Assembly (NCBI GenBank): GCA_030599585.1 | Contig: JAUVNS010000003.1 | Coordinates: forward strand, 256,001-320,000 | Length of the DNA stretch: 64,000 nucleotides | Direction of reading: 5' to 3' | Origin: Promethearchaeota archaeon | GTDB taxonomy: Archaea > Asgardarchaeota > Lokiarchaeia > Sigyniarchaeales > SOKP01 | In this document: positions 28,999-39,794 of the stretch, one piece after another | Position numbering within the stretch: the stretch's first letter is position 1 | Layout: each line of letters opens with the position of its first letter | The notes under the pieces: generated by a model | Told to the model about the DNA's origin: nothing | What the model saw: only the letters and a program-made list of their open reading frames with translations | Database searches by the model: none | Program-made: the position numbers and the translations under genes

Positions 28999-29853
28999 TT
29001 ATTCTATCTTTTTATAATAGCTAAATAAATGATCAAAAATAGGGAGTCTGTTAATAAAGGATTTATCAACGAAATACATAAACTTGTTAAACAATGCATT
29101 GATTACTGGTATTCTTTTAAACGGATTGAAAATACCCCCTGAGGAATAATATCTTTTGATAAGTTTAAAATTATACTTATTTAAATATGAATCCAAAAAC
29201 CTTGTAGAGAAAAAGTTAAGATGCTCAGGTGGAACATACATATGCCATCTTTTGTGAAATCTCATTAATAATTTTTCTCTTAAGGATTCATGGGTTGGAA
29301 TCAATATTACTAATAACCCATTTTTATTAATAATTGAGCTTAATTTATCCAAAAAACTGAGGGGGTCAATCAAATGCTCTAAAATGTTATAAGCAGAAAC
29401 TAGGTCATATTTTTTATTAAAATTTATACTTTCAAGATTCTTATTATATATTTTCAAACCTCTCTTATTTGCAATCTCGGTACAATAATTAGAGATTTCA
29501 ACCCCTTCTCTTATTATTGCATCGTTAAAATGCATTAAAAAGTCCCCCGTTCTACAACCAACATCCAATATTAATTTTGGTGTTTTATTTAGTATTTGAA
29601 GGATATACCTTTTTTGATCCTCCCAATATTGGGTTTTTAAAAATGTAATTGATAGGTTTTTTTTACTCAAGGCGAGTTTTTCATACATTTCATTAATTGA
29701 TACATCATGTTGATGTACATTAAAAAATCGGCTTAAGCAATGCTTACATTCATATAAAATATAGTTCTTTTCGGGATAAAAGGGCGAATTTATAGATTTA
29801 GAGCGAATAACATCACTATTATTGCAAAATTTGCATATCATTTTGATATTCAC
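28999..29853 (-). CDS. Class I SAM-dependent methyltransferase with Zn ribbon (start possibly ATG at 29841)
   Basis: CKFC...CKHC, ILDVGCRTG, NILEHL, PPEHLNFFS. Confidence 0.88.
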   Translation of the reverse strand: MNIKMICKFCNNSDVIRSKSINSPFYPEKNYILYECKHCLSRFFNVHQHDVSINEMYEKLALSKKNLSITFLKTQYWEDQKRYILQILNKTPKLILDVGCRTGDFLMHFNDAIIREGVEISNYCTEIANKRGLKIYNKNLESINFNKKYDLVSAYNILEHLIDPLSFLDKLSSIINKNGLLVILIPTHESLREKLLMRFHKRWHMYVPPEHLNFFSTRFLDSYLNKYNFKLIKRYYSSGGIFNPFKRIPVINALFNKFMYFVDKSFINRLPIFDHLFSYYKKIE

Positions 29854-29918
29854 TCCTTATAATTGTTTTCAATATTACATACCATAAATTATTTTTATTT
29901 TACGATTTTATAATCTAT

Positions 29919-31166
29919 ATGAGGATTGCTTTAATAACAGATGCGTTTTATCCATTAAAGGGTGGAATAAGTCATCATTTGAATTCATTATGTAAAGCAT
30001 TTCAAAATAAAGATCATAAACTATATGTCTTCAATCCATATTATAAAAGCGATCGAATTTTTAATAACCTAATTGTAAGTATAAAGCATTTAAAAATTAA
30101 TAAGCAATTTTTTTATTACTTATTTATCTCAATAAATAAATTACTTAGAGATAAAAACACATCATTAAAAGATAAATTAAAGATATTATTTTATTTAGGG
30201 ATTAATCCAAGAAATCTAGTTATCGTTTTTAATAATGTTGTAAATATTATACCTTACTTAAGAAAATCGAATGTTGATATTATAGTTGGGGGATTCCCTT
30301 CTAAAACCCTCCCTTTAATATTTTTCCTCTCAAAGATACTAAATAAAAAAGCTATTTCTTTTACCTATGGAAATGATTTTTTAAAAAATAAGCCCTTAGA
30401 GAAAACCTTTCATTTAAAGACAATTTATTTCAAAAATATTAACAAAGTAATAGTTTTGGGGAATACAACTAAATTTTTCTTTCAAAGAATTCATAATATA
30501 AATGAATCGAAAATCGAAATTCTACCTCTAGCCATCTTTCCAGAAGATTATACAATAAAGGAATCAAGAGAGGAATTAAGAAAAAAATATAATCTCTCAG
30601 ATAAAACATTTTTAATTTTAAGTGTTGGATGGCATGTTCCAAGGAAAAAATTTGATTTGGTGATTAGAGCTATAAAAATTCTTAAAGAAAAGCGACCAAA
30701 TTCAGATATTCAATATTTTTCAGTTGGTAAAGGGCCCTCCACAAAATATTTGAAAAACTTAACTAAAGAATTAGAATTGGAAGATACGATTAAATTTTTT
30801 GGAGAATGTGAGAATAATATTAGAAATGAATTATACAAGTTATCAGATATTTTTGTTATGCCCTCAATTACAACAAATGATTCAATTGAAGGTTTTGGGC
30901 TAGTATTTTTAGAAGCAAATTATTATAAAGTTCCCGTTATTGGTTCATATTCCGGTGGAATTAGAGATGCGGTTAAAAATGGGAATACAGGATTATTAAC
31001 AAAGCAAAATGATTTAGAAGATTTAATTGAAAAGATTTTATATCTATATGACAAAGAAGAAATAAGAATTGAAATGGGAAAAAATGGACATAATAGAGTT
31101 ATGAATGAATTTCTATGGGAGAAACGATATTATGATTTTATTAATATCTTACAGAAAGTAATTTAA
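29919..31166 (+). CDS. GT4 glycosyltransferase
   Basis: MRIALITDAFYPLKGG, EGFGLVFLEANYYKVPVIGS. Confidence 0.92.
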   Translation: MRIALITDAFYPLKGGISHHLNSLCKAFQNKDHKLYVFNPYYKSDRIFNNLIVSIKHLKINKQFFYYLFISINKLLRDKNTSLKDKLKILFYLGINPRNLVIVFNNVVNIIPYLRKSNVDIIVGGFPSKTLPLIFFLSKILNKKAISFTYGNDFLKNKPLEKTFHLKTIYFKNINKVIVLGNTTKFFFQRIHNINESKIEILPLAIFPEDYTIKESREELRKKYNLSDKTFLILSVGWHVPRKKFDLVIRAIKILKEKRPNSDIQYFSVGKGPSTKYLKNLTKELELEDTIKFFGECENNIRNELYKLSDIFVMPSITTNDSIEGFGLVFLEANYYKVPVIGSYSGGIRDAVKNGNTGLLTKQNDLEDLIEKILYLYDKEEIRIEMGKNGHNRVMNEFLWEKRYYDFINILQKVI

Positions 31167-31189
31167 TCATTATTGGATAAATTAGTCTA

Positions 31190-31987
31190 TTAATTAGAAA
31201 TCTTAAATAGAATTAATGAATTTTCTTTAATTTCGCTCGTTTTTCGTTTTATCTCATCCACCTGACTAATTTTTATTGCATGAACTTCAAAGAAATCTAA
31301 TATTACTTTTTTACTGTCAATTAAATGAATGAAATATTCAAGATTTTTTTTAAAGTCCCATCTTATATATGAATATGGATATTTAACACCTTTAATATAA
31401 TTTCTATCATTTAGTCCCTTGTCATAAAGAGATATGCTGTGTAAATCAATTTTATGATTGCAATTTATTTTAGAAATGATCTCATTCATTTCAGGTGTTG
31501 AGGAGTCGTAAATTATGGTATTAATAGAAGTTTCATTCAATTTATTAACTTCGCTATCAAAATCAACTAAAAAAACATATGCTCCAGATAATTTGATTAA
31601 CCTCTCTAATAAGATTGAGAAAAAATTTCTCTTAACAATTGCTATGTTCTGATTCAAAAGAGGCTCTACCTGTCTCAGAATTTTCATAGCATAAGAGGCA
31701 TATGGCAATACTGCGATTAGCTTTTCATTATTGTTAATAGCGATTTTTACTATCTGGTTAGCTGATAATGTTAACTCAGAACTTTGTTTACGCGAAATAT
31801 ATCCAATTAATTCATTGATTTTGAAGTTGTATACCTTTTGACTAATAGATTTAATAATACCTCCACAGAAAATAGGAGTAGTAACGTTTTCTCTGTGAAA
31901 AACAACGTCGTCACTATAAGTAGAAAAAATAGCATACCTATTTTCAATTTGAACCGGATCAATTATGTTATTAGTATTTATCAACAT
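31190..31987 (-). CDS. Degenerate MDR (zinc-binding alcohol dehydrogenase-like) domain protein, paralogous to the N-terminal half of the adjacent oxidoreductase
   Basis: YIKGVKYPYSYIRWDFKKNLEYFIHLIDSKKV aligns with YEGFDYPKNYIPWTEQRNMEYFLTLLSEKKI of 31995..34172; GxGxxG is absent (NIAIVKRNFFS). Confidence 0.65.
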   Translation of the reverse strand: MLINTNNIIDPVQIENRYAIFSTYSDDVVFHRENVTTPIFCGGIIKSISQKVYNFKINELIGYISRKQSSELTLSANQIVKIAINNNEKLIAVLPYASYAMKILRQVEPLLNQNIAIVKRNFFSILLERLIKLSGAYVFLVDFDSEVNKLNETSINTIIYDSSTPEMNEIISKINCNHKIDLHSISLYDKGLNDRNYIKGVKYPYSYIRWDFKKNLEYFIHLIDSKKVILDFFEVHAIKISQVDEIKRKTSEIKENSLILFKISN

Positions 31988-31994
31988 TTTAATT

Positions 31995-34172
31995 TTAATT
32001 AATTTGAATGGGGTTATTTGTTTTTATGGATTCAATTGTTTTAAATACAATATCCATTGATTTCATAGCGTCGTCTATTCCTACCAAAGCGTCTTCAAAA
32101 CCTAAATTCGTCTGAATAATATTTTCTAACTCGTTCTTATGACCTTTATCCTGCTTACTTAAAAGTAAATTTCCAAAATCAAAACCACTTGTATTTAATC
32201 TTATAAAATCGTCAACAATAATTGCTGAATCTCCTGAATAAATTTCTATGCGCTCTTTTGACATTTTTGGACCATTTAAATCTGTATAAATCAAATTCGC
32301 TATAGAGCCATTTTCGAATTTCAGCATAACCACACAACTATCAAAAACTGTTGTATTTTTATGACTCATAGCCCCTCCACGAGCAATTACCTCAATTGGG
32401 TTAGAATTCATTAAATATAATACCAAATCAATAAAATGACAAAATTCACCAATGATTGGCCCCCCTCCTACTTTGGGGTCAAAGACCCAGTGACTTCCTG
32501 GTATGAATTGACTTGAAATTCGATAGTTGATTATGATTGGATTCGAAATATTATGCAATAAATCCTTTGTTATTTTAATTAATGGACTGTATCTTCTATT
32601 AAAGCCAATAGAATAATTCTTTTTGGAACTTTTCACTATATCGTATACTCCTTGACACTCTTCAAGCGTTAAACCCATTGGTTTTTCAACAAAGACATTT
32701 TTTCCCGATTTAATAGCTTCAATTGTGAATTTTGCATGTGAATCATGTCTTGTATAGATGAAAACGGTGTCAATATCAGGGTCCTTCAAAATTTTCTTGT
32801 AATTTGTTGTTGTATATTCCGGTTTATATGTTTGTTTACAAAAATCTGCAGTTTTTTGGGAATTCGTGGAGATTGCCTTTATTTTACAATATGGATTGGA
32901 CAAAATAATGGGAAGATGAGCTCCTTGAGCAAAAGAACCGCATCCAATTAACCCAATTTGCGACTTTTTACGAATTTCTTTATGTCGCCCTTCTTTTTGA
33001 GTTATTATTTGTGGAGTTTCTTCTTTTTCAAATTTTAATAAAATGGCAATGTTTTCTGTTGGATTCATTTCTAATTTCTTATAAGCATCATTAGCATTCT
33101 CTGCGGGAATAATTTCTGATATTAAAGATTTTACATCTATTTTTTTTTCTGATAGAAGTGTTAAAAAGTATTCCATATTACGTTGTTCTGTCCAGGGGAT
33201 GTAATTCTTGGGGTAATCAAATCCTTCGTATTCGTAAGATTCATCATATCGTCCTGGGCCATAGGACCGTGAGATTAATAAATCAGTTTCTTTATAATAT
33301 AATTTATTACGATCAACGTTTATCGGGAAAGCTCCCAACATAACGATTTTACCCTTATCGCGGATTAATTCAGCAGCGTCTTCCAGTGGTTTATTAGTTT
33401 TTGATGAGGCACATATAATAATGGAATCTAAACCCTTACCATTTGTCTTTCTATCAACTACTAATTTTGAGTTATGATAGTTAGGATTGATTATAATATC
33501 AGCTCCTAATTTTTTTGCTAAATTTAATCGGTTATTCATTAAGTCAAACGCAAATACTTTCGCACCTGCAGCTTTCGCTAATTCAACAGTAATCAACCCT
33601 ATTAAACCAGTTCCAATTATTCCAACATTTTCACCTTGTCTAATGCTAGCTCGGTGAACTCCATGTAAAGCTATTGCACCCAAAGTAGTGAAAGCGGCTT
33701 CTTCAAGACTAACATTATCTGGTATTTTTACCGTTAAATTTTTAGGAGAAAATATTTTTTCAGCGTGATAGGAGCCAGCACAAGCTACTCTATTATTTAT
33801 TTGAAGGTTTTCTATATTTGATTCTCCAACAATTCCAGAACAACTGTAACCTATTGATGTTGAACTATTAGATGTTCTAGAATAATTTTTAAAAGAGCTC
33901 CTCTCTTTGTAGATTTTAAATAATTTAAATACGTTTTTTATCGTATTCTTTTTTAATTCCGCAAAAATTCGCTTTCGAATATATTTCGATTTAATAATCT
34001 GTTTATATATTGGTAAATTCATTAATCTATTCCATTTAATTGTAGATAACTCTGTTCCAGAACTTATTAGAGCAAAACTAGTATGAACTATTGCCCCTCT
34101 GGTTTCAATTTGGGGCTCTCGTGCTTCTTGTAAAGTTACTTGGCCATTTTTACTAATTCCCAATTTTTTCAT
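31995..34172 (-). CDS. Bi-domain oxidoreductase (MDR domain plus Gfo/Idh/MocA domain)
   Basis: ISSGTE, GYSCSG, IIGTGLIG, SRSYGPGRYD; IGCGSFA, TRHDSH, FVEKP, GFNRRY, GEFCHFID. Confidence 0.92.
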   Translation of the reverse strand: MKKLGISKNGQVTLQEAREPQIETRGAIVHTSFALISSGTELSTIKWNRLMNLPIYKQIIKSKYIRKRIFAELKKNTIKNVFKLFKIYKERSSFKNYSRTSNSSTSIGYSCSGIVGESNIENLQINNRVACAGSYHAEKIFSPKNLTVKIPDNVSLEEAAFTTLGAIALHGVHRASIRQGENVGIIGTGLIGLITVELAKAAGAKVFAFDLMNNRLNLAKKLGADIIINPNYHNSKLVVDRKTNGKGLDSIIICASSKTNKPLEDAAELIRDKGKIVMLGAFPINVDRNKLYYKETDLLISRSYGPGRYDESYEYEGFDYPKNYIPWTEQRNMEYFLTLLSEKKIDVKSLISEIIPAENANDAYKKLEMNPTENIAILLKFEKEETPQIITQKEGRHKEIRKKSQIGLIGCGSFAQGAHLPIILSNPYCKIKAISTNSQKTADFCKQTYKPEYTTTNYKKILKDPDIDTVFIYTRHDSHAKFTIEAIKSGKNVFVEKPMGLTLEECQGVYDIVKSSKKNYSIGFNRRYSPLIKITKDLLHNISNPIIINYRISSQFIPGSHWVFDPKVGGGPIIGEFCHFIDLVLYLMNSNPIEVIARGGAMSHKNTTVFDSCVVMLKFENGSIANLIYTDLNGPKMSKERIEIYSGDSAIIVDDFIRLNTSGFDFGNLLLSKQDKGHKNELENIIQTNLGFEDALVGIDDAMKSMDIVFKTIESIKTNNPIQIN

Positions 34173-34258
34173 TTTTTTATTGACTTAAAAGTAGTTAGTA
34201 TATTTCTGATGCTTTATTATGTAATAAAATATATTGTAAAAAAAAAATTTTAGTAAAA

Positions 34259-36316
34259 TTAATTGTTTGAGCTATTTTGAAATCTTATTGGTTTTATTTT
34301 AGAGATAATTTGAATTTTATTTTTTTCCTTAAAAGAATGCTTTAAATGAATAACCAATGCAGTATTTTCGTATTTATGACCATACGCTGGAGAATAGTAT
34401 GATTTTTGAATACTCATACTAAATTGTTTATTTGATTTCACAGTAAATAATAATTCATCATCAATTTGCACTGAACTTTTTTCAATTTTTATATTAATAT
34501 CTTTATCAAAATGAAAGTATAGATCAATGTTATATGGGTCTTCATCGAATTTGTTATTGCTTTGAAATACGGTGTCTTTAATTATTATCTTATCAAGGTT
34601 TTTGTTTGTCATGATCTGTCTATTAACTAAAAATCCCTGATAACCATTATGTACGCAACTCAATTCAATCTCAGAGTTTTTTAAATTCACATTTCTCTTT
34701 GTTTTTGGTTTCTTCTCCCAACTAAACCAACCTATTGATTGAGCTTGGTTTTTATTGTTAATGGATAAAATATTGTGCGCCTTACTGCTTCGGAAATACT
34801 TTCTCTCTTTCCACGATCTATTGTAGGAATAATTTCCAGAATCAATAATAATATTCTTTCCATTATAAGAAAAGATAATATTAGTAATGTCACTATGAGA
34901 GTGAGCCGCACCTAATGGACCAAATCTTCCAAAATCTACAAATAAGTAAGATGCTTTTTCTGTCCAATTATTTCTTATAATAAAATATCCTGATTTATCA
35001 AAATATTCAAAATTTTTGGTGGGTTCAATTGATTCTAATTCATTAAATGTCTTAATTCCTTTTTCACCAAATAATAAGATTGAAACTGGGGATATTTTTT
35101 TTGTTATGAATTTCAACTCTTCTTTTCTAAATAAGATAGCACCCATATTTAACAAATCAAAAAACTTGTATTCTTCAAAATTGGTAAGGAGTAAAACTTT
35201 CCCATCATCAACATCCCCAATTAATGGAAATTGAGAATCTGGTTTGATGCTATGAAGTAAATAATCAAACATTTTTTCAATTATAATCCCTTCTGATTCA
35301 TTAATAAGGTTAGGATTTAAAAAAGCAAAAAGAGAAAAAAATTCCAATACAAACTTATGATAATTAACTGATTGCTCTATACCAACGCCATCGGGTCTTA
35401 TTTGTAAGATTATCTGTTTTTTTAATTTTTTAAAGAATTTTTTTTCCCATCTTTTTATTTGTTTAATCTCTTCGAATACTTTAGAAAATAAATAAACACC
35501 AAATAGCTCCCCAATAGTATGATTCAATGAACGCTTTGTATAGAAATATCTAAGATAGTAGGCATGTTGAAACAGAACTTTAAAAATTTTTGAAAAGAAG
35601 TGGTTATTGTTAATTTCTTTTGAATCACCGAAGAAATAGAGCGTGAAAATCCACGAAATTAACCTTATTGATATCTCTAATCCTGAAACCCAATTTATTC
35701 CACATAAAGGAGGATTTTTTTCTATCCAATCAAGAATTAATTTTTTAAATTCTATTGCATATTTCTCATCCTTAGTTATAAAATAAGCAAATCCTAAATA
35801 TGGAAGAAATTGATGACGATTTAACTCCCAAACATATTTTACATCAACAAAATGACTTTTATATTTTGGTCTAATATCTATTTTGTCTGAGTTTTCAAGT
35901 TTCCACCTGAAATCATCGAAGAAGCTATAATGCCAATCAATTTTGTCTTTAAACCTATAATTTTTTTCAAAAATAATAAATTCTTTTGAAATAACATGAT
36001 TTGCGAGTTTTATATATTTGTTTATTGAATTTAAATGATTTTGGTTTAATTCTTCAATTATTTTTGACTTCTCTTTACTATTTGAATAACCAAATATCTC
36101 GTTATTAAAAAAAACTCTTCTAAATTCATCAAAATCTAGATTCTTTCCCAATTTTTTTTTAAAAATATCATCTGACTTACCAGAATTTCTTAAATATAAT
36201 CGATTTTTACTAAGAAAGATGAATTTTAACTTCTTTTCGAATAGGGGGTAATAATAATTGATTATATTGAGATAAGAAACTTTTTTTAAAGATTTAAGTA
36301 CTTTTTGATAATTCAT
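34259..36316 (-). CDS. Heparinase II/III family protein (alginate-lyase-like N-terminal domain)
   Basis: DVKYVWELNRHQ, WIEKNP, NH, EQSVNYH, IGDVDDG, HSHSD, IDSGNYSY, RSSKAHN. Confidence 0.9.
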   Translation of the reverse strand: MNYQKVLKSLKKVSYLNIINYYYPLFEKKLKFIFLSKNRLYLRNSGKSDDIFKKKLGKNLDFDEFRRVFFNNEIFGYSNSKEKSKIIEELNQNHLNSINKYIKLANHVISKEFIIFEKNYRFKDKIDWHYSFFDDFRWKLENSDKIDIRPKYKSHFVDVKYVWELNRHQFLPYLGFAYFITKDEKYAIEFKKLILDWIEKNPPLCGINWVSGLEISIRLISWIFTLYFFGDSKEINNNHFFSKIFKVLFQHAYYLRYFYTKRSLNHTIGELFGVYLFSKVFEEIKQIKRWEKKFFKKLKKQIILQIRPDGVGIEQSVNYHKFVLEFFSLFAFLNPNLINESEGIIIEKMFDYLLHSIKPDSQFPLIGDVDDGKVLLLTNFEEYKFFDLLNMGAILFRKEELKFITKKISPVSILLFGEKGIKTFNELESIEPTKNFEYFDKSGYFIIRNNWTEKASYLFVDFGRFGPLGAAHSHSDITNIIFSYNGKNIIIDSGNYSYNRSWKERKYFRSSKAHNILSINNKNQAQSIGWFSWEKKPKTKRNVNLKNSEIELSCVHNGYQGFLVNRQIMTNKNLDKIIIKDTVFQSNNKFDEDPYNIDLYFHFDKDINIKIEKSSVQIDDELLFTVKSNKQFSMSIQKSYYSPAYGHKYENTALVIHLKHSFKEKNKIQIISKIKPIRFQNSSNN

Positions 36317-36441
36317 TTGCCAAAAGAAAATTTAAGTTGATTATAATAATATTTTTTAAAATTTTATTATTTCTCTTATTATTATTCTTTACCATAATAA
36401 AGATTTTAAATATATAAAATTAAAAACTGATTAAAAATTGA

Positions 36442-37704
36442 ATGTATTTGTCAATGACTAAAGAAATATTATATCTGTCGTACCATTTTCCCCCTTATAG
36501 CAACATCCTTAGTAATAGAGCTACAGAATTCTCCAAAAGATTAATAAAATCGGGGTATAAAATCTTTGTTGTAAGTGCAAAAAATAATAAAAATGCTCCA
36601 ATCGATAAAGAACTCTTAAAAGCTGTTGACTCACCGCTCATTCAAAAAACCCAAGTCTATAATTTAAGTTTTTCTTCGAGCGGTATGGCTTCAAGTATTA
36701 AAAAAATATCAATTTTGAAGGAGTTGTTTAATGTCTTTCTTTTTTTTCACTGGTTGCCGTTAAGTTTCGTTAAAAGCTGCCAAATTATAAGAAAGAATAA
36801 TATTAAAATAATCTATACATCTGCTCCTCCCTTTTTTTCGTTAGCATTAGGGTACCTGCTAAAAAAAATCTTTAAAATTCCGCTTATAACTGAATACAGA
36901 GATCCTTGGTCAGATAATCCATATTTCTTAGGAAATGTTTCCGAATTTACAAAAAAGAATTACGAGAAAATTGACAAGAAGGTATTGAAAACCTCTGACG
37001 CAATTATCGCTATAAGTGAAGGGTTAAAAGAATATCTAATTCAATCTTTTCCTTCAATCATACAAGAAGAAAAGGTTTTTGTTTTACCAAACGGATTAGA
37101 AATGAGTTCTTATTCAAAATCTAATGACAAAATCCTTCCAATTAACAAATTAATTCTGACATTTACAGGAAAACTGTATGGTCTAAGGGATATCAAGCCG
37201 CTTATAAAAATTGTATCCTCTGTCAAAGACTTAGGAAAATTAAAAGGAGTTTCCTTAGAAATAAACATATATGGAAGATACAATTTAGAATACTTATCAA
37301 ATTTAATTCAAAAATATAATGTTTCTGAGTATTTTAGTTTAAACGGATTTATTCCGCGTGATGAATGTCTAAAAAAAATATCGGAATCAACTCTTACATT
37401 ACATATTGGAGAAAACTTCGACTATCCAACAATTAGTTTTAAGGTTTGGGATTACCTAAGCATGAGAAAAAAAATTGTATATTTAGGCAGGGTGGATTCT
37501 TTTACAGCTAGATTTCTAAAAGAATATAATTTAGGTTTCACAATTTCGGTTAATGATCACGAAGCAGGTGTCATGAAATTCATTTCTCTAATTGATAGAT
37601 TGGCATCTAACCAAATTAACTTGGAAATCGATCCAAAGCAGCTATCAAACTATACTTGGGACAATTTGACGCCTAAGTTAATAGATATTTTTAACAAGTT
37701 TTGA
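36442..37704 (+). CDS. GT4-like glycosyltransferase
   Basis: SYHFPP, TSAPP, EYRDPW, LPNG, FTGKLY, KVWDYL. Confidence 0.85.
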   Translation: MYLSMTKEILYLSYHFPPYSNILSNRATEFSKRLIKSGYKIFVVSAKNNKNAPIDKELLKAVDSPLIQKTQVYNLSFSSSGMASSIKKISILKELFNVFLFFHWLPLSFVKSCQIIRKNNIKIIYTSAPPFFSLALGYLLKKIFKIPLITEYRDPWSDNPYFLGNVSEFTKKNYEKIDKKVLKTSDAIIAISEGLKEYLIQSFPSIIQEEKVFVLPNGLEMSSYSKSNDKILPINKLILTFTGKLYGLRDIKPLIKIVSSVKDLGKLKGVSLEINIYGRYNLEYLSNLIQKYNVSEYFSLNGFIPRDECLKKISESTLTLHIGENFDYPTISFKVWDYLSMRKKIVYLGRVDSFTARFLKEYNLGFTISVNDHEAGVMKFISLIDRLASNQINLEIDPKQLSNYTWDNLTPKLIDIFNKF

Positions 37705-37763
37705 TTAAAATAAAAAAAAAGATAATAATATTCTCTCAAGTTAAATTCATTTTTTTATAAATA

Positions 37764-37921
37764 TTCTCCTTTCTCTGGAAGGGCATTCCACATAGTAATC
37801 ATAACAAGACACTTCAGCAAAGTGGAGAACATGTGCTTCTTAACCGAAGGATACATATAACGAAGCACATGTACATGAAGCGGCGCGAATTACACACAAC
37901 CTGGTGTCGTATGATTTTTTT
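37764..37921 (+). ncRNA. Candidate structured non-coding RNA or structured relic element between convergent genes
   Basis: Locally GC-richer. Stems: TTCTCC/GGAGAA, TGGAA-5nt-TTCCA, CACTT-5nt-AAGTG, a perfect 11-bp ACATGTGCTTC (37829-39) / GAAGCACATGT (37862-72), and GCGGCGC/GTGTCGT flanked by ATGA...TGA. Ends in a T-run. Confidence 0.35.
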
Positions 37922-38105
37922 CAAAAAAGAATATCTTTCGAGTTGAAGATTCAAATCATACTCAGCTATTTTCAGTTCTTCAATTAAATTTAAAGTATAT
38001 TTTATCGCTTTTTAACTCAACGGGAGATTTAAAAGAGCCAAATTTATATTAAAAAATGGAATTGACCATCTTAAAAATAAACGGCAAGATCAATAATATT
38101 TGAAT

Positions 38106-39749
38106 TTAATCCTTGAGAAGTTTCTTTAAAAAATTAAGCACCATATTTGTTACTTTAAACAATCTCTTTTCAGATATGAAAAATGACTGCAAATAGTTAA
38201 TATCACTAGTTGTAAGGAGCTTAAACTTAATTATAATAAACATAAAAACAAGAAGAAAAGTTAAAAGACTAAAGATGTTGAAATGTTGAGTATAAAATAA
38301 TCCACCAAAAAGCAATTCATTTATCAAATCCAGTATAAAAAATTCTAAAACTATTGTAATTATTAAAGAGATGAAAAAAGCAATGTATTGAAATATTATT
38401 TTTTTCAAATCTAGTTTGATTTTGCCAACTTTAATTGTTATTATCAAATATATGGCGCTATAAATCGAATTACTTATAATAATGCCTGTTATTGCGTAAA
38501 TTAAATCAAAATAGATCAATAAAAAGAGATATAGCGGTACTCTTATAAGTAATCCAATTATTTTAATGTAAATTAGGAATTTCGTCTTGTATTCTGCTAA
38601 CAGTAAGGAATCAAAGGGACTTGCTAGTATCAGAAAAATGAAAGTAAAAAGATACAATTTAACAATGCCAGAATAAATAACTCTTGATTCGCCATAAATC
38701 AATACAATAAAAAGATCCGTACAGAAGAATAAAATGCCGGTAATTAATGCTATTAAAAAAATCAGATATTTTATTAACAAATCATAAATTGCTACTATAT
38801 TATCCTTTTCATTTTTAGCTATGAAACCTGAAAATGACACCGTCAAGGGATACGAAACTGCAATAGCTGTATTTGATGAAACAGAAAGTAAATCTCGCGA
38901 TATTTTAAATCCTAATACCATTTGTGGGGCAAAAACTCCAATCGATTGGATTTGAATTTCGCCCCAAATATCTTTAAAAAATGTAGCAGTTCTTACTTGA
39001 CCTCCATATTTAACCATTTCTTTTACGTCATGTTTAAAAGTTTGTGTACTTTGATTGTCTGTTTTAAGTTTCCTTATATGAAAGATGACAAACATAATAT
39101 TAAGTATAAAAGGAATCAAAGTAGCTAAAACATAAATAACGCATAATGTATTAAGCTCAATAGAATTGAAAGCAAGGAAATAGAATAATAAAAATCCAAT
39201 ATAAATTGAATATTGGATAATTACCACTAAAAAAGCCCATTTAAACTTATTAAATCCCATATTTATTCCGTTTAGAATGGACTGTATATTGTTTATGATG
39301 ATTAATGGAGATAACAATACAAGAATACCCAATATGTTTACAGGTAAATTAATAGCGAAGATTTCTGAAAATAACACAAAAATTATAGAGCTAATAATAA
39401 ATATAATTATCACAAATATGGTTTTAACCAGAAGAGAACGCAAAATAAACCTTTTTAATTCATTCTTCTTCTGTAATGAGAGATATCGTGGAATGAAATA
39501 ACTTAGAGTTTCTCTTAAACTTGGGGGAAGGAAATTTAAGATAATACTTATAATCTGAATGTAGGATATAGCTATAGCGAAATAACTCCAATTCACATCG
39601 TCTATTATTCTTGCTAATAGAATTGTACTTACTAATGAAAAAATGAATGTTCCATAGGTTTTTAAAAAAGAATAAACTGAATTCCTAAACAATATACCGT
39701 AATTAACAATGGTTGGGGATTCAGAATTATTTTTATTCATGTTTAACAA
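38106..39749 (-). CDS. MOP-superfamily oligosaccharide flippase, paralogue of 27331..28971
   Basis: Shared NxxYSxxxxYGxFIF, FxPPxL, YxIPRY, LLSPL, KYG, WxxxQ and YGES segments; many TM helices. Confidence 0.88.
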   Translation of the reverse strand: MLNMNKNNSESPTIVNYGILFRNSVYSFLKTYGTFIFSLVSTILLARIIDDVNWSYFAIAISYIQIISIILNFLPPSLRETLSYFIPRYLSLQKKNELKRFILRSLLVKTIFVIIIFIISSIIFVLFSEIFAINLPVNILGILVLLSPLIIINNIQSILNGINMGFNKFKWAFLVVIIQYSIYIGFLLFYFLAFNSIELNTLCVIYVLATLIPFILNIMFVIFHIRKLKTDNQSTQTFKHDVKEMVKYGGQVRTATFFKDIWGEIQIQSIGVFAPQMVLGFKISRDLLSVSSNTAIAVSYPLTVSFSGFIAKNEKDNIVAIYDLLIKYLIFLIALITGILFFCTDLFIVLIYGESRVIYSGIVKLYLFTFIFLILASPFDSLLLAEYKTKFLIYIKIIGLLIRVPLYLFLLIYFDLIYAITGIIISNSIYSAIYLIITIKVGKIKLDLKKIIFQYIAFFISLIITIVLEFFILDLINELLFGGLFYTQHFNIFSLLTFLLVFMFIIIKFKLLTTSDINYLQSFFISEKRLFKVTNMVLNFLKKLLKD

Positions 39750-39794
39750 AACAAATTTATTATTTTAATTAGGTATATTTCATCTTCAAACTGA

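Noticed and set aside
37702-37915. Selenocysteine read-through of the GT4 TGA stop directed by the SECIS-like hairpin
   Set aside because: Read-through would add only U-L-K before TAA, GT4s are not known selenoproteins, and the lower stem of the element is weak
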